Shown here one piece after another: positions 61,729 to 64,000 of a DNA stretch of 64,000 nucleotides. Origin of the DNA: Polyangiaceae bacterium (GTDB lineage Bacteria > Myxococcota_A > Polyangia > Polyangiales > Polyangiaceae); the NCBI GenBank assembly GCA_035063585.1, contig JAPSGB010000008.1, positions 245,294-309,293 of the forward strand. Direction: 5' to 3'. The notes below the pieces were generated by a model, which saw nothing but the letters and a program-made list of their open reading frames with translations, was not told where the DNA came from and did not search any database. A program made the translations under genes and the position numbers. How positions within the stretch are numbered: position 1 is the first letter of the stretch; each line of letters opens with the position of its first letter.

Positions 61729-62544
61729 ATGCTGGTACTTCTGGGTCCGCCGTTCGAGGGCACCGACCTCGACTACTCGCGCCTGGCGCAGGCCACGGGG
61801 CTCGTCGCGTACGAGCTCCGGAGCAAGCTGAAGCCGGGCTCCTGGGGCGTGGTGCGGGCGCTCGCCGATCCGGCCCAGGCCGCTCGGCTCGCTCAGACGC
61901 TCGCCGGGCTCGGCTACCGCGTCGCGGTGGTCGACCCCGCGGTAGGTCATGAGCCCGAGCGGCGCGTGGTCGGGGTTCGCGCGATCGGCCTCGAAGCCGA
62001 GCAGCTGATCCTCCACCTGACCGAGCGAGCGATCCCGGTACCGTGGGCCGGGCTCCTCACCATCGTGCGCGGCGAGGTCCAGCTCGGCGGCGGCCCGCGG
62101 GCGCCGCGCCCGTCCGGCTCCTCGAGCGCTACCTTTCGGGCGGTGGTGCCGAGCGCCGCGGAGCTCGCCGTGTTCCGCGAGTCGGTCGGCTCCGGCGCCG
62201 GCGACGCCTTCGCGGCGGCGGACCTGCACTTCTTCACCGTGCCCTGGGTGGCCCGCATCGACGCCCGGAGCTTCGATTTCTCGCTCCTCGGCGGAGCGAG
62301 CGAGGGCCCGGCGCGTGATCTCGACCGCGTGGTCGAGGAGCTCGCTCGCCGGAGCGGCGCGCGGGTCGACCGCGGTAGCCGCAGCTCGAGCCTGCTCTCA
62401 TTTACCGCCGTCCCGGCCCGCGTCGCGACCCCTGCGCCCGGCTCGCTGCGCCCGGTGCGAGAGCTCGGTGGCTCCGACGATCGCTTCGACGCCTACTCGC
62501 GTATGGTCGCCGAGGCCGAGCGACAGACGCGCCGACCGGGCTAG
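61729..62544 (+). CDS. Hypothetical cytoplasmic protein
   Basis: 271-aa ORF with coding-like codon usage and no recognised family. Confidence 0.7.
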   Translation: MLVLLGPPFEGTDLDYSRLAQATGLVAYELRSKLKPGSWGVVRALADPAQAARLAQTLAGLGYRVAVVDPAVGHEPERRVVGVRAIGLEAEQLILHLTERAIPVPWAGLLTIVRGEVQLGGGPRAPRPSGSSSATFRAVVPSAAELAVFRESVGSGAGDAFAAADLHFFTVPWVARIDARSFDFSLLGGASEGPARDLDRVVEELARRSGARVDRGSRSSSLLSFTAVPARVATPAPGSLRPVRELGGSDDRFDAYSRMVAEAERQTRRPG

Positions 62545-62574
62545 CTCGCGCTCGCCGCAGCGATCGAGCCCGTC

Positions 62575-62598
62575 CGCGCCGCCGGCCGCGCCGGACCG
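62575..62598 (+). repeat. Dispersed repeat copy (24-mer), intergenic
   Basis: Identical 24-mer about 30 bp after a stop codon. Confidence 0.75.
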
Positions 62599-62728
62599 GC
62601 CTCCTGCCGCTCCCGCGCTGGGCCCTGGCCTTCCGGGATGTCGGCGCGGCGCGGAATCGAGCGGGGCGAGCCGCGAGCGCACGACGGAGGGCGTAGCCGC
62701 GCCCGAGCGCATGAACTAGGATGCCGGG

Positions 62729-63766
62729 GTGGCTCGTACCATCGGAAATGCCTCGCGCGCGGCGGCGCTCGGGCTCGCGCTCGCGCTCGGCAGCGCCGCG
62801 GTCGCGCCGCCGCTCGCCCGCGCTCAAGACGCCGCGGATCTCTCCAAGGCGCGGACGCTCTTTCGCCAGGGCGTGAGCCTCGAGGCGGCGGGGGACTGGG
62901 CCGGCGCGCTCGCCAAGTTCGAGGCGGTGGCCAAGGTCAAGCTGAGCCCGCAGGTGCGGTTCCACCTCGGCCGCTGCAAGGAGAACCTCGGTCGGCTGAA
63001 CGAGGCGCTCGGTGACTATCGGCTCGCCGAGTACGAGGCCCGGGAGGCCGGCGCGAAGGAGCTCGGCGAGATCACCGGGGCCCGCGAGGCCCTCGAGGCC
63101 CGCGTCCCCAAGCTCATCATCCAGCGCGGCGCGGGCGCCGAGTCGGCGCGCGTCGAGCTCGACGGCGTGGACGTGGGCGAGGCCAAGCTCGGAAAGGAGC
63201 TCGCGGTCGACCCCGGTCGGCACCGCGTGGTCGCGACCTTGCCGCGCAAGGGGCACTTCGAAGAAGAGATCGAGGTCGCCGAGGGCGAGACGAAGACGCT
63301 CGAGCTCGTGCCTCCCGCCGAGCTCCTCGCCGCGGAGGACTCGACGCGCGATGACGGCTCGGACGAGGGCGAGCCGTCGCCCTCGGCTCCGCCGAAGCCG
63401 GCGGCCGAGGGTGGGTCGGTCGTGCCTTGGGTGATCGGCGGCGTGGGCGCCGTGGGCCTGGTGTCGTCCGGCGTCTTCTACGCGCTCCGCGGCAGCAAGA
63501 AGAGCGAGCTCGACAGCGGCTGCCGCGGCAGCGTGTGTCCCGAGCGGCTCCGCGACGCGCAGGACCAGGGCAAGCTCTACTCCACGCTCTCGGGCGTCGC
63601 GCTCGGGGTCGGCGTGCTCGGCGTCGGGGTCGCCGCGGTGATGCTGCTGAGCAGCGGGAGCGACGACGCGCCCGCGGATCCGGGCAGCCAGGAGTCGGCG
63701 CGGCTGCGCGTCGACGTCACGACCACCTCTTCGCTCACGGGAGTCCAGCTTCGTGGCACGTTCTAA
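62729..63766 (+). CDS. Exported TPR plus PEGA-like domain protein
   Basis: Signal peptide, TPR-like ALAKFE...FHLGRCKENLG, VELDG...VDPGRHRV, two hydrophobic segments and C-terminal GTF. Confidence 0.82.
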   Translation: MARTIGNASRAAALGLALALGSAAVAPPLARAQDAADLSKARTLFRQGVSLEAAGDWAGALAKFEAVAKVKLSPQVRFHLGRCKENLGRLNEALGDYRLAEYEAREAGAKELGEITGAREALEARVPKLIIQRGAGAESARVELDGVDVGEAKLGKELAVDPGRHRVVATLPRKGHFEEEIEVAEGETKTLELVPPAELLAAEDSTRDDGSDEGEPSPSAPPKPAAEGGSVVPWVIGGVGAVGLVSSGVFYALRGSKKSELDSGCRGSVCPERLRDAQDQGKLYSTLSGVALGVGVLGVGVAAVMLLSSGSDDAPADPGSQESARLRVDVTTTSSLTGVQLRGTF

Positions 63767-64000
63767 GGCAACGCACCGGGTCGCCGGCGCGCTCGTGAGC
63801 GCGGCGACCGCGCTCATGCTCGCGTCGTGCGGGTTCCCCGAGCACTCGTTCATTCCCAACGACGAGTTCGACCACCCGAGCACCGGCGGAGCGTCCGGCA
63901 CCGGCGGAGCGTCCGGCACCGGCGGAGCGTCCGGCACCGGCGGAGCGTCCGGCACCGGCGGAGCGTCCGGCACCGGCGGAGCGTCCGGCACCGGCGGAGC
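63753..64000 (+). CDS. 5' part of a lipoprotein with GTGGAS linker; runs off the window
   Basis: GTG 63753 with GGGAG upstream gives MARSKATHRVAGALVSAATALMLASCGFPEH..., lipobox LASC. Confidence 0.7.
   Translation, partial: MARSKATHRVAGALVSAATALMLASCGFPEHSFIPNDEFDHPSTGGASGTGGASGTGGASGTGGASGTGGASGTGGASGTGG
63880..64000 (+). repeat. Perfect 18-bp tandem repeat (GCACCGGCGGAGCGTCCG, at least 6.7 copies)
   Basis: Directly visible; continues to the last base of the window. Confidence 0.97.

Overview
Very GC-rich chromosomal DNA (about three-quarters G+C by eye). Its gene content points to a Polyangiaceae-like myxobacterium (Myxococcota): a MYXO-CTERM protein, an MglA-type GTPase, PEGA/TPR proteins, Hanks-type kinases and many Gly-rich lipoproteins. 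This assignment is inferred from gene content, not from a marker gene. The left quarter carries most of an ethylmalonyl-CoA (EMC) pathway (mcd truncated by the window edge, mcl2, a Chloroflexus-type mcl, ccr, ecm, meaB), with etfBA further on. Housekeeping genes are clpS-clpA, tRNA-Pro(CGG), nadB, typA, hflX, thrB, argH, thiL and a B12-dependent nrdJ with tandem NrdR boxes. The right third is a run of surface lipoproteins with glycan-related domains around a decayed IS630 fragment, followed by ggt, a kinase and DUF350-speE. The most interesting observations are: (1) a translationally coupled M48 metalloprotease and dynamin-like GTPase, reminiscent of mitochondrial OMA1/OPA1; (2) an MglA-like GTPase with no adjacent MglB, coupled to a soluble PocR-type histidine kinase; (3) the EMC pathway itself, with the two CitE-family genes only 16 bp apart and both start codons inside one palindrome; (4) a sigma54-type promoter in front of an unannotated 45-aa ORF; (5) TANNNT boxes 6-9 nt before many start codons, suggesting widespread leaderless mRNAs; (6) a dispersed REP-like 18-24 bp repeat; (7) a lipoprotein with tandem Tudor-knot-like domains. 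No CRISPR array, rRNA or intact mobile element was seen. All family calls come from motif recognition by eye; no searches were run.
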